Source: a bacterium
GTDB taxonomy: Bacteria; SAR324; NAC60-12
DNA length: 64,000 nucleotides
NCBI GenBank assembly: GCA_965205865.1
Contig: CBDBHR010000028.1
Location: 416,001-480,000, forward strand
Reading direction: 5' to 3'
The position numbers and the translations under genes were made by a program. Each line of letters opens with the position of its first letter. The first letter of the stretch is position 1. Positions 1 to 8,976 of the stretch are shown here, one piece after another. Below the pieces are notes generated by a model. That model did not search any database and had not been told where the DNA came from. It saw only the letters and a list, made by a program, of their open reading frames with translations.

Positions 1-2841
1 GGAGACCTGTCTCTGCAAATCTTCGGCAGCGCGGCCTATTTCCTGGTCAAGGCGTTGCAGTACTTCGGTCAAAGAGAGTTCGACGTGTTCCGCGATGCGT
101 TCGACCTCGGACAGTCGTTCCTTACGCACCTCGTCGATGAACGGTATCAAGGCATGCTCGGTCAACCAGTTGGTAGCCTGCGAAAGAGAGGTGACGTCAG
201 GCAGATCGCTCGCTGGAACTACGGCGGGACTGAGGTTTCCCAGAATGTCCGGATCCCTCAAACGGGGTTGGCGGCCATCCCTTAATTCCACGGTGAACAG
301 CCGTTCGTGAATGACGTGTCCCAGGCCGTCTACGACCTGCGCCCGGTAGAAATCGAGGCGCGCCGGAGCTTCGTGCCCCAGGGAATGAAAACAGGCGCCA
401 CTGGCAAAAGCGTCCCGGGCAAGATCAAGGCCGTGCCGACGAAGAGATTCGAACAGTGGATGACCCGGGGTAACCCATTCGAGGTTGTGCTCGTCTGCCG
501 CGTCCCGGTCCGTCGACAGGCGCGGATAACGAGTGGCCAACTGCGGGAGTTTCCAACCCGGTTCACGCTCGTACTTCTTCAAACAGGACGGTATACGCCC
601 CGGGTCGAAGGTATGCTCCAGACCCTCTACCGGTTTCAGATCCAACCGCGCATTCCGGGCGCCTTCCTTGATGAAACGAGCAATCGTTTCAGGTACGACG
701 CGCCGTTCCTGCGCCCGGGCACGGCGCTCGGTGAGCATCTCGAGATCAAGCTTTTTGGTAGCCAAGCCTTCCAGAGCCGTCTGGCAAATCGTGCGGAAAT
801 GACCTTCATCCACATCCTTCAGAAGCCGGTCTTCGAGGTCAGCGTCGCCCAGCTTGCCCGAATAGTATTCTCGCAGCACACGTTCCACGTGGGCGGACGG
901 CAAGACCTCACCCACGACGTTGAAAACCGAGTCGTCATCGAGGGCGTCACGGATCTCCTGCAGCTTGGCCAAGAGGCGCTGGAGCACCTGTCCCTCGATG
1001 GTGTTGGTGGCAACGAAGTTGAAAATCAGGCAATCGTTCCGCTGTCCGTAACGGTGGATGCGGCCCATGCGCTGCTCGAGCCGGTTCGGGTTCCAGGGGA
1101 TGTCGTAGTTGAAGAGAATGTGACAGCATTGGAGGTTGATGCCTTCGCCAGCCGCCTCGGTAGCCACCAGGATCTGGATGACACCTTCGCGGAATTGCTG
1201 TTCGGCGTAGAGCCGGGTACCCGGTTCGTCTTGCGAGCCGGGTTTCATGCCACCATGGATACAGCCGACGCTGAAGCCCCAGGCTTTCAAATGCTCCATC
1301 AGATGGCCGAGGGTATCCTTGAACTCGGTGAAGAGCAGCAATCGCTGATCGGGACGATCAAAGAATCCCTCATTCCGCATGATCTCACGAAGACGTTTGA
1401 GTTTCGCTTCTCTGCCCGCGCCTTCGACTGCTTTCGCCTCTTCGGCCAGCACCCGGAGTTCGGTGATCTCTTCACGTACCTGATGGGCGTTGCCGGCCAG
1501 CGTGATAGCCTCCAGCAGACGCTCCAGACGCTCGCGCTCGGCGTCCTCCAGTTCCTCGAGATCTTCCGGATCAGGAAGGTCCGGTGGCGCTATTCGCACC
1601 AACTCTTGGGCGCGCTTGAGACCATCCTGTAAACGTCTCGCCCGGTTCTCGAGCGACCGCCGCATGGCGAAGGTACTCGAGGCAAGACGCCTTTGGTAGA
1701 GCGACATCAAGAAACCGACGGCTCGCGCTCGCGGATCATCTTCCTGCGCAGCGGCACGGGCGCTCTGGCGTTTCACGAACCGTGTGATTTGCTGGTAGAG
1801 TTCGAACTCGGGACCGTCGATGGTGAAAGCGGCAGTGCGCGGGATACGTTTGGTGAAGACCGGTTTGGCAGTCCATGTTCCGTCCTGCAGACGTTCCGGA
1901 AAATAAACCATCGCTTCCTTGGCGCGACGCAGGTAGAAGGGCGCTCGCCTCCGATTCATGGCCTCGCGGATAGATTTCACGTCGGCGTATGCGTCCCGGT
2001 CGAGAAGTTGCAGGAACAATGTGAAATTCCCGGGGTCGCCCTTGTGGGGCGTGGCGGTCAACAGAAGCAAGTGATCGGTACTGTCACGCAGCAATTCCCC
2101 CAGCTTGTAGCGCATACTCTTATGGGTCTCGTCACGGGCCGACATGCGGTGCGCCTCGTCGACGATCACCAGGTCCCAGTGCGCCTGTCGTAGTCCGGGC
2201 AAGATATTGGCGCGCTTAGCCAGGTCGAGCGAGGTGATGATCTGCTTATGCTCCAACCACTGGTTGACGCCGAACTGCTCGCGGATATCGCCGCCCTTTT
2301 GAACGAGGAATTTCTCGTCGAACTTTTCCTTCAGTTCTCGCTGCCACTGGAAGGTCAGGTTTGCGGGGCATACCACCAGGACACGTTCGACGAGACCACG
2401 AAGCTTGAGTTCACGGACCAGCAGGCCTGCCATGATGGTCTTACCCGCCCCCGCATCGTCGGCGAGCAGGAAGCGCACGTTGGGCAGCTTGAGGAGGTGC
2501 TCGTAGACCGCTTCGAGTTGATGGGGCAGAGGGTCCACGCGCGAGATGGAAAGCCCGAAATAGGGGTCGAACTCGTGGGCGATACCGAGTGCATAAGCCT
2601 GAAGACCGATTCGCAGAAGCCGTCCGTCGCCGTCGTAGGAAAGAGTGGAGTCAGCGATGCTCAGGTTCGAGATATCAGCCGACGTCAGTGTAACCCTTCG
2701 GAATCGTTCCGATTGCTGACCAACGAGACCGGCATCCCAGGTGCCGGATCCGTTCGTGCGCACGGTTTCCACTCGCATCGGTTCATTGAACTGCGGGCCA
2801 GTCAGAACCTGTCCTTCCCGGATGGGGCTTTCGGTATCCAA
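1..2841 (-). CDS. SNF2-family (DEAH) helicase, 3' end beyond the window; probable defence/restriction-like system component
   Basis: Manual minus-strand translation from TTG at 2841 (RBS GAGGAAAGGA) stays in frame to position 1. Motifs: DPLPHQLEAV, LLADDAGAGKT (Walker A), LVIVDEAH (Walker B), LLLTATPH, ATEAAGEGINLQ, YDIPWNPNRLEQRMGRIHRYGQ. Missing from the ORF track because there is no stop in the window. Confidence 0.92.
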   Translation of the reverse strand, partial: MDTESPIREGQVLTGPQFNEPMRVETVRTNGSGTWDAGLVGQQSERFRRVTLTSADISNLSIADSTLSYDGDGRLLRIGLQAYALGIAHEFDPYFGLSISRVDPLPHQLEAVYEHLLKLPNVRFLLADDAGAGKTIMAGLLVRELKLRGLVERVLVVCPANLTFQWQRELKEKFDEKFLVQKGGDIREQFGVNQWLEHKQIITSLDLAKRANILPGLRQAHWDLVIVDEAHRMSARDETHKSMRYKLGELLRDSTDHLLLLTATPHKGDPGNFTLFLQLLDRDAYADVKSIREAMNRRRAPFYLRRAKEAMVYFPERLQDGTWTAKPVFTKRIPRTAAFTIDGPEFELYQQITRFVKRQSARAAAQEDDPRARAVGFLMSLYQRRLASSTFAMRRSLENRARRLQDGLKRAQELVRIAPPDLPDPEDLEELEDAERERLERLLEAITLAGNAHQVREEITELRVLAEEAKAVEGAGREAKLKRLREIMRNEGFFDRPDQRLLLFTEFKDTLGHLMEHLKAWGFSVGCIHGGMKPGSQDEPGTRLYAEQQFREGVIQILVATEAAGEGINLQCCHILFNYDIPWNPNRLEQRMGRIHRYGQRNDCLIFNFVATNTIEGQVLQRLLAKLQEIRDALDDDSVFNVVGEVLPSAHVERVLREYYSGKLGDADLEDRLLKDVDEGHFRTICQTALEGLATKKLDLEMLTERRARAQERRVVPETIARFIKEGARNARLDLKPVEGLEHTFDPGRIPSCLKKYEREPGWKLPQLATRYPRLSTDRDAADEHNLEWVTPGHPLFESLRRHGLDLARDAFASGACFHSLGHEAPARLDFYRAQVVDGLGHVIHERLFTVELRDGRQPRLRDPDILGNLSPAVVPASDLPDVTSLSQATNWLTEHALIPFIDEVRKERLSEVERIAEHVELSLTEVLQRLDQEIGRAAEDLQRQVS

Positions 2842-3182
2842 TGGAGCTTTCCTTTCCTCAGATCTTTATTTTCAAAAAGTTCAGGACCCAGATTCTTGTA
2901 AGAGAAATGAATCCCCTTCACAAAAAGGAGGGACAATATTACCAGGGAAATATAACACGGATTCTATCGGGTTAACAATCGGAAACCATTTAACGTTATT
3001 TTCCCAGGTCTGAAGGCCGAAGTCTGAGACAAAATGCTGGAAACAAGAAATAATTCTGCAACGTTAAGGATTGTAAGAACCCGTTTTGTCAAATAATACA
3101 TTTGGCTGTGATTGTGATCGCTTTCCGGGTCTACCAGGCTGCCGTCATTGCGCAAGAGAATAAGAGACTATGATACGAGAGA

Positions 3183-3540
3183 TCATTGGATGCGCAAGGG
3201 GCTGATATATTCGTTCTCTTCTGTGATGCATCCTTCCAAGTGCTCGAGCGCCTCCGGAGTCTCGAGAATAAGGCCGAGCAACGTGTTGGCGTTAGCGTGA
3301 GCGCACGCTGCCGGTATATCAGGCGCCCCGTACATGCCAAACGCACGCTTTCCTTCGGGGTGGAATTTGGCAAACTCTATCAACCGCCGGGCCTCCGCTG
3401 CGCTCCTGATACTTGGTAGGATCAGACATTGACAGCCGTTGTCCAGCAATCTCGTGATGAAATGTTGCTCCAAGGCAGGAAGGCGTACCATCGGCGTGAC
3501 ACCAGCAAGATGAGCATAATGGACGGTCTCCTCGACTCGA
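3183..3540 (-). pseudogene. HpcH/HpaI aldolase family fragment
   Basis: Reads VEETVHYAHLAGVTPMVRLP...RLLDNGCQCLILPSIRSAAEARRLIEFAKFHPEGKR...ILETPEALEHLE, the central part of an HpcH/HpaI aldolase. N- and C-termini are missing. Confidence 0.7.
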
Positions 3541-3634
3541 ACTCCCTTATCTCATCTCTACCCCTTTCCTTGTTAATGAGGCTGAAAGTTCGGGCTGACC
3601 CAAGGTGATGGCAATCCCTTCATCCCCTTCCGAC

Positions 3635-3684
3635 GAGCCGTTCTCAGGGTGGAAAGGAGTCGTAAGACTCCCGACCTGCCCGAC
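3635..3684 (+). mobile_element. Possible group II intron 3' end remnant (collapsed domain V plus domain VI)
   Basis: GAGCCG-TTC-TCAGGGTGGAAAGGAGTC-GTAA-GACTCCCGACCTGCCCGAC resembles group II intron termini (GAGCCG...GGTTC, GNRA-capped hairpin, ...GACCTACCCGAC) with the interior of domain V deleted. Confidence 0.4.
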
Positions 3685-3739
3685 GGAAATATGAACTTAA
3701 ATTCCCAAAGTCACAGGCCTGACCCCGATTCCCTGATTT

Positions 3740-4696
3740 CTAAGAGAAGGGGTTGATCAGTCTGGAGAGGAAGCCGTTTTTGCGTTTCTTCGCGGTGCCG
3801 TAACTGCTCTGCCCCCCTTTTAATCGGGGATCCAGCAAGTCGCGCATGGCGTCGCCGAACATGTTCAGACTGTAACCGGTAATCGTCAGGGCAAGACCCG
3901 GCCAGAGAGCCAGCCATGGCGCCTGCTCCATGAACTTACGCCCGTCCCTGCTGAGCAGACTACCCCAGCTGGGAACATCCAGTGGCAGACCGAATCCGAG
4001 GAAGCTCAGAGAAGCCTCAGCCATAATCACTCCCCCGACGTTGATGCTGAAGATGATGATTACCGGAGCCGCAATATTGGGCAGCACATGGCGGATCAGG
4101 ATTTGGCTGGTGGGGGTGCCCAGGGCTTTGGCTGCCAGAAAATAGTCATTCTCTTTGACAGCAATAACGGCGCCTCTGACGACTCTTGAGCTGACGATGC
4201 CTCCGGTGACCCCCAGCACCACAATGATCTGGGGGAGACCCCGCTCCACGAGGGACATGATGGTCAACAAAAGCAGCAGCCCCGGGAAGGCCATCCAGGC
4301 ATCAACGAATCTCTGCACCACCAGGTCCACTTTCCCTCCCAGGAATCCGGAGAGACTGCCGATCAGGACCGCGATGAGCACATTAAGCGCCGTCGCGGCC
4401 AGACCGACAGTTAGCGAAATACGAGCGCCGTAGATAATACGGCTAAGGAAGTCTCGACCCAACTGGTCGTTACCAAGGAGATACTGGATTGATGGACCCT
4501 GCAGCCTGTCTACCAAATGTGGTTCATCAATTGGATAAGGGGCCAGAACATCGGCAAAGATAGCCACCAGAATCAATATCAATACGATAATCCCGCAGAC
4601 CATCCCCAGGGGCTTCTCCCGCCACAGCCTGATGAAGAAATCCGCAAACCGGCCCCGTCGCTTGGGCTCACGGATGGGGGAGGGTTTCTTATTCAT
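3740..4696 (-). CDS. Peptide/nickel ABC transporter permease (DppC/OppC-like)
   Basis: LLGNDQLGRDFLSRIIYGARISL, EAA-like loop (YFLAAKALG...ILIRHVLPN), EASLSFLGFG. Confidence 0.93.
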   Translation of the reverse strand: MNKKPSPIREPKRRGRFADFFIRLWREKPLGMVCGIIVLILILVAIFADVLAPYPIDEPHLVDRLQGPSIQYLLGNDQLGRDFLSRIIYGARISLTVGLAATALNVLIAVLIGSLSGFLGGKVDLVVQRFVDAWMAFPGLLLLLTIMSLVERGLPQIIVVLGVTGGIVSSRVVRGAVIAVKENDYFLAAKALGTPTSQILIRHVLPNIAAPVIIIFSINVGGVIMAEASLSFLGFGLPLDVPSWGSLLSRDGRKFMEQAPWLALWPGLALTITGYSLNMFGDAMRDLLDPRLKGGQSSYGTAKKRKNGFLSRLINPFS

Positions 4697-5648
4697 ACCG
4701 CACCCTCGGGTCCAGATAGGGGTAAATCAGGTCAATCAGGAGATTGAGCAGCACCACCCCGGTGGCGAAAAACAGGTTGATTCCGGAGACCATCGGGTAG
4801 TCTCTGTCATTGAGTGCTGTCAGCATGAGATTACCCAACCCCGGCAGGTTGAAGATGTTCTCCATGATGACGGCGCCTCCCACCAGGATCGGCAACTGCA
4901 GGCCAATCAGGGTCACGACCGGGATGAGGGCATTCTTGACGGCGTGTCTCACGACAACCACCCGCTCCTTGAGCCCCTTGGACCAGGCCGTCCGGATATA
5001 GTCCTGCCGAAGCACCTCCAGCATCATGGTGCGCGTCATCCGCATGGTGGCGGCAGCCATGGCGGTCCCCAGAATCAGGCTGGGAATGAGGAACATTCCG
5101 AGATTGCCCAGCGGGTCCTCCGCGAAGGGAATGAGCCTCATCGGTGGCGACCAGCCCCACCAGAGTGCCGGGTAGATCATCACCATGATTCCCAACCAGA
5201 AGTTCGGCGTTACCAAGCCGATGATGGCGGCAGAGCGCCCCACGTAGTCGGCAGCGGTATCCTGCCGAATCGCCGAGTAAATGCCGACGGGCAGGGCGAT
5301 CAAGAGCGAGATGACGATGGCCAGGAGGCCAAGCTCGATGGTTACCGGCAATCTCCCGATTATGATCTCCTCTACCGCCCAACGGCCCATCAGGGATTTG
5401 CCAAGGGTGCCGTGCTGGAAAATATTTCCTATCCACCGTCCATATTGCACGTAGACGGGCACGTCCAGTCCCAGCCTATGCTCAAGAGCTTCACGGTCGA
5501 TCGTGCCGCCGGACATCAATTGCATCCTGCCCAACATTGCGTCTATGACATCGCCTGGGATGAAGCGGACGGAGAGAAAGACCAGGATGGACAATAGAAA
5601 CAGGGTGGGGATTACAAGCAATAACCGCCTGATGATATATGCTCTCAC
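4689..5648 (-). CDS. Peptide/nickel ABC transporter permease (DppB/OppB-like)
   Basis: YIIRRLL start, QDYIRTAWSKGL...HAVKNALIPVVT, ENIFNLPGLG, C-terminal LDPRVRY. Confidence 0.94.
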   Translation of the reverse strand: MRAYIIRRLLLVIPTLFLLSILVFLSVRFIPGDVIDAMLGRMQLMSGGTIDREALEHRLGLDVPVYVQYGRWIGNIFQHGTLGKSLMGRWAVEEIIIGRLPVTIELGLLAIVISLLIALPVGIYSAIRQDTAADYVGRSAAIIGLVTPNFWLGIMVMIYPALWWGWSPPMRLIPFAEDPLGNLGMFLIPSLILGTAMAAATMRMTRTMMLEVLRQDYIRTAWSKGLKERVVVVRHAVKNALIPVVTLIGLQLPILVGGAVIMENIFNLPGLGNLMLTALNDRDYPMVSGINLFFATGVVLLNLLIDLIYPYLDPRVRYE

Positions 5649-5680
5649 TTAACATTCCTCAATGGCCTTGTTTCAATGAG

Positions 5681-5716
5681 AAAGGGAGCTGGAACGTCTG
5701 AGTGCCCCAGCTCCCT
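5681..5716 (-). terminator. Hairpin between the substrate-binding gene and the permeases (terminator or stabiliser)
   Basis: AGGGAGCTGG...CCAGCTCCCT inverted repeat, followed by a short U-rich tail on the minus strand. Confidence 0.5.
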
Positions 5717-5735
5717 CGATTCCTATCGCGGTAGG

Positions 5736-7526
5736 CTATTTGCCCATTTCCCGCTTCAGGTCCTGGTCAATCCAAATGCGAGAGAATATGGTGTTACGGT
5801 CGCCCCATCCCAGATCTACTTCGCCGTTGTAGCCCTTGACCCACGGCTGATTCACGTTAAACCATGGAACCTTGGGGCTCCACACGAGAAAGTGGTTCCG
5901 CGCCAGGTATAGATCTATCTCTCTCACCAGCCTCTGCTGCTCCTCCACCGTGGCCGCGGCCTTGGCCGCGTCGAACATGGCATCGTAGACCGGGTCCCGA
6001 AGTCCAGTATAGTTCTGTTGCCGCCCTGCGCTCGAGTGGTACAAACTCACTGTATGCGTGGCCTCGGCATCAATGGCGGCGAGCCACAAAAACATACCTT
6101 CATAGGTAAGTTCTTTCAAAGCGGCATAAAAAGCAGGATGGTCCAGTACGTTCATCTCGATGTCGACGCCAATCGCATCGAAGTAGGTGGCAGCCAATTG
6201 CGGGTAGTCCAAATCAAAGGTATCTATGAGTAGAAAGTCGGTCTTGAATCGAGTGCCGTCTGCGCCACGAGGATACCCCGCCTCATCAAGGAGCTGCTCC
6301 GCCCTTTGCGGGTTATACGTGTACTCCTCCTTCACATCGTCCGGCCACTCGTCGAACGGAACGCTGTAGCCAACGTGCGCATCTCCTAGCAGCGTTTGCG
6401 GGGTTGCGCTTGCATAACCCTTGTAGAACGTGTTGTTAATTGTCTCGAGGTCGAGCGCCAGCTGCATTGCTATGCGGACATTGACGTCGTTGAAGGGAGG
6501 CTCCATGAGTTTGAACGAGATAGCATTTTCCGCTCGTTGAAAGAATTGCGTAAGCTCGAGCTCTGGGTTGCTTTTGCTAAGCGCGTCTGCCCGATCGATA
6601 GAATCTATCTGAGCGCCGCAGCCGCCCGGCAGACCGATGTAATCTATGCTGCCTGATCGCAATCCGGCATCAATTGTTGCCGTGTCACTCATGAATAGGG
6701 CCGTTAGCTCGTCGATGTAGGGCAGGCGGTTCTCCGGATACTTTTCGTCGAAGCGCCAGTAGTCAGGATTCTTGGTCCACGTGATAGAGCTGCCCTCGAC
6801 GGCGTCGGTGAGCATGTAGGGCCCGGTGCCGACCGAATTTCTCCAGTCCTGCAGGTCGCCATGTTCCTCGATTACCTCGGGCGGGTAAACCCAACTGGAG
6901 TGGTGGACGAGGAGCGTATGCAGTAGACCCGATTGTGGCTCGGTCGTCTTGAATACAACCGTGTACCGATCGGTAGCCGTTATCGACTCAAATGGTATGT
7001 CCTTGAGAGCCTGACTGGGTGAACCTCCGGCTGCGGTGAATTCGCCCATACCCACCATGCGGTGCCAGTTAAAAACTACGTCCTCGGCGGTCAATTCCCT
7101 TCCATTCATTGGTGCCTTATCAAACCAGCGAACGCCCTCACGGATGCGGAAGACATAGGTGTTCGGGTCTGGTTGCTCCCAGCTCTCAGCCAGCGCACCT
7201 CCGATGACTGATACGGGCACGTAGGTCTTTCTTAAACTGAACTGGTCCCGATCGATTTCCCACCTGGCGATGCCGAGCTTCTCGGTAACGCCGGCCTGGG
7301 TGGAACCAGAGAAGCCACCGAACCAGCTGTCAACCATGATAGTCTTGCAGCCTCGATTGGCGAACGTCAATGTCCCACCATACGCCGGCTCGGTCACCAT
7401 CTTGCCGGTGGTGGGATCTTTGACCATCTTGGCTGCCCAGACCTGGCCAGCCATGAAGACGCTTGCTCCCATGATGAGAGCCAGCAGGGTTGCGCTCAAT
7501 TTTGAGCTGCTTTTTAGATTAAACAT
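5736..7526 (-). CDS. Peptide/nickel ABC transporter substrate-binding protein (family 5)
   Basis: Signal peptide after MFNLKSS at ATG 7526 (GGAG upstream). Motifs YGGTL, LAESWEQPD, FRIREGVRW, VGTGPY, KNPDYW, RIAMQLALD. The ORF-track extension to 7733 runs through a repeat. Confidence 0.92.
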   Translation of the reverse strand: MFNLKSSSKLSATLLALIMGASVFMAGQVWAAKMVKDPTTGKMVTEPAYGGTLTFANRGCKTIMVDSWFGGFSGSTQAGVTEKLGIARWEIDRDQFSLRKTYVPVSVIGGALAESWEQPDPNTYVFRIREGVRWFDKAPMNGRELTAEDVVFNWHRMVGMGEFTAAGGSPSQALKDIPFESITATDRYTVVFKTTEPQSGLLHTLLVHHSSWVYPPEVIEEHGDLQDWRNSVGTGPYMLTDAVEGSSITWTKNPDYWRFDEKYPENRLPYIDELTALFMSDTATIDAGLRSGSIDYIGLPGGCGAQIDSIDRADALSKSNPELELTQFFQRAENAISFKLMEPPFNDVNVRIAMQLALDLETINNTFYKGYASATPQTLLGDAHVGYSVPFDEWPDDVKEEYTYNPQRAEQLLDEAGYPRGADGTRFKTDFLLIDTFDLDYPQLAATYFDAIGVDIEMNVLDHPAFYAALKELTYEGMFLWLAAIDAEATHTVSLYHSSAGRQQNYTGLRDPVYDAMFDAAKAAATVEEQQRLVREIDLYLARNHFLVWSPKVPWFNVNQPWVKGYNGEVDLGWGDRNTIFSRIWIDQDLKREMGK

Positions 7527-7568
7527 ACGAGATTCTCCGTTTGGATGTTTAAAAATATTAAGGATTGA

Positions 7569-7729
7569 TTTGAAACCTGCCTTCATGCCCGAAAGCACGT
7601 TCTCGACGATTTCTCTACTTTTTTGACGGTTCAAGGTGCTCCTTTCTGCTTTTTGATTAAAAACAAGATTGCGGGTTGCTTTAAAACCTGCTTTTGTTCC
7701 CGAAAGCACGTTCTCGACGATTGCTCTAC
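7569..7729. repeat. Two ~50-bp direct repeats, 111-bp period, in the leader of the substrate-binding gene
   Basis: aaacctgc(c/t)tt...cccgaaagcacgttctcgacgatt(t/g)ctctac at ~7569-7618 and ~7680-7729. Confidence 0.9.
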
Positions 7730-7915
7730 ACATTGGGTCTCCTTCATTTTCAAGTGATCAAAAAACCGATTCATTGCCTCCAGGATTGGGCAATGAACCA
7801 TAAACCGACGCACTCAGGCGCCGATGATTTTCCAAATTCCCCATTGCCGTTCCCGGAACGGGGAACGAGGGATCTTAGGGATCTCTCCCTGATGTCGAGA
7901 TAAGATAAGGGGGTA

Positions 7916-8010
7916 GAACTTGGGATTGGGGACTTGTGACTTGTTGCTTGGAACTTATTACTGGGAACTGGGAACTGGGAACTGGGAACTTATTGGAACT
8001 GGGAACTGGG
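7916..8010. repeat. Heptanucleotide tandem repeat tract (GGAACTG)n with degenerate units
   Basis: ctgggaactgggaactgggaactgggaacttattggaactgggaactggg, preceded by ACTT-containing 7-mers. Confidence 0.85.
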
Positions 8011-8232
8011 TGTTTAAGATTACTCTCATATCCACCTTATTATCAAGGGATTTTTTAAAAAGATGATTCATTTAATAATTGAGTATTTTCTTATGGTTTT
8101 TAAAGAGTTTACGGACATTTGGGAAGATAAGAATAATTTGATTATTCACTCATCCCTGAAGCTCATTCAATCTAACCTGTAGCAGCAATCATTTTTTTTA
8201 AAAAATCGTAAATATTCAGGTCTCTGAAAAAC

Positions 8233-8443
8233 CCGTTTAGTTCAATATCATTAAAAAAGATTCCCTGGGAGGACCGATCGTTTTCAATTCCTCTCACGAT
8301 ATTGTTCAATCGATCGGGAACCTTCTCTTTCACTGAAACAACTTAATGATGGCTTAAATACAGCACAAAACAACGCAATGTCAACCCCCTGAGGTAAAAT
8401 AAATGCGGGATTCGCAAAAAAAACAAAAAATCAATAAATCTGC
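8233..8443 (-). repeat. ~230-bp dispersed unit, copy 1 (contains a degenerate 36-mer at 8290-8327)
   Basis: Aligns by eye with the copy starting at 8467 (offset 234) and with the reverse complement of 46192-46487. Confidence 0.85.
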
Positions 8444-8466
8444 TCAAATCCGGGGACAGTCAGAAG

Positions 8467-8834
8467 CCGTTCAGTTCAATATCGTTTAAAAAATTCCCGG
8501 AGAGGATCCATCTTTTTCACGTCCTCCCACGATATTATTCAATCGATCAAGCGGGAACCCTCTCCTTCCTTAAAACAACAAGGCATAATTTTAACACTTA
8601 AATACGCAGGGTCAAGCCCCAAATGAAATAAATGCAGGATTCGTAAAAAAAACGATAAGGAATGAAATTTAAATAAGTCAGAAGTATGGATACGCAAATT
8701 TAGGGGACAGGTAACAGCAGGAAAACAGTAGAGTTGGGATGCCGCTGTACATGTCCCCCAATTTTGCTCACACCATTGGAAGAATTACAGGTTATTTAAG
8801 GTTTGTTCCTAAATCAAAAAATCAAGGAAATCCG
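8467..8834 (-). repeat. ~230-bp dispersed unit, copy 2 (36-mer at 8523-8564; end interrupted by a MITE)
   Basis: Shares aaaacaacaaggcat-att-tta, caagccccaaatgaaa and gcaggattcgtaaaaaaaa with the 46.2-kb copy. TTGACC-N16-TAAAAT on the minus strand at 8615-8588. Confidence 0.85.
8656..8812. mobile_element. MITE-like element, copy 1 (TAA-flanked)
   Basis: TAA-GGAATGAAATTTAAATAA...TTATTTAAGGTTTGTTCC-TAA imperfect terminal inverted repeats and an internal GGGGACA...TGTCCCC hairpin. Near-identical to 17906-18069. Confidence 0.85.
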
Positions 8835-8976
8835 CTTCTTTATGATTATGAGCCAAAAAGCAATTGTCCGCTCCACAGTCTCAGACCATTCCTGATCGCT
8901 TGAGTTGCTTGGATACATAAATCTCCTTTTAAAAAATGGAAATTAGTAAACATGCAATTTTTTATCCAAACAGCTT

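Noticed and set aside
307-2901. Long plus-strand ORFs (441, 166 and 217 aa)
   Set aside because: They are antisense shadows of the minus-strand SNF2 helicase.
3521-3555. tRNA-like GGGAGTTCGAGTC on the minus strand
   Set aside because: There is no complementary T-stem or cloverleaf, and it adjoins the aldolase fragment.
7527-7733. 69-aa N-terminal extension of the binding protein
   Set aside because: It is a translation of the leader duplication; the signal peptide and RBS point to ATG 7526.
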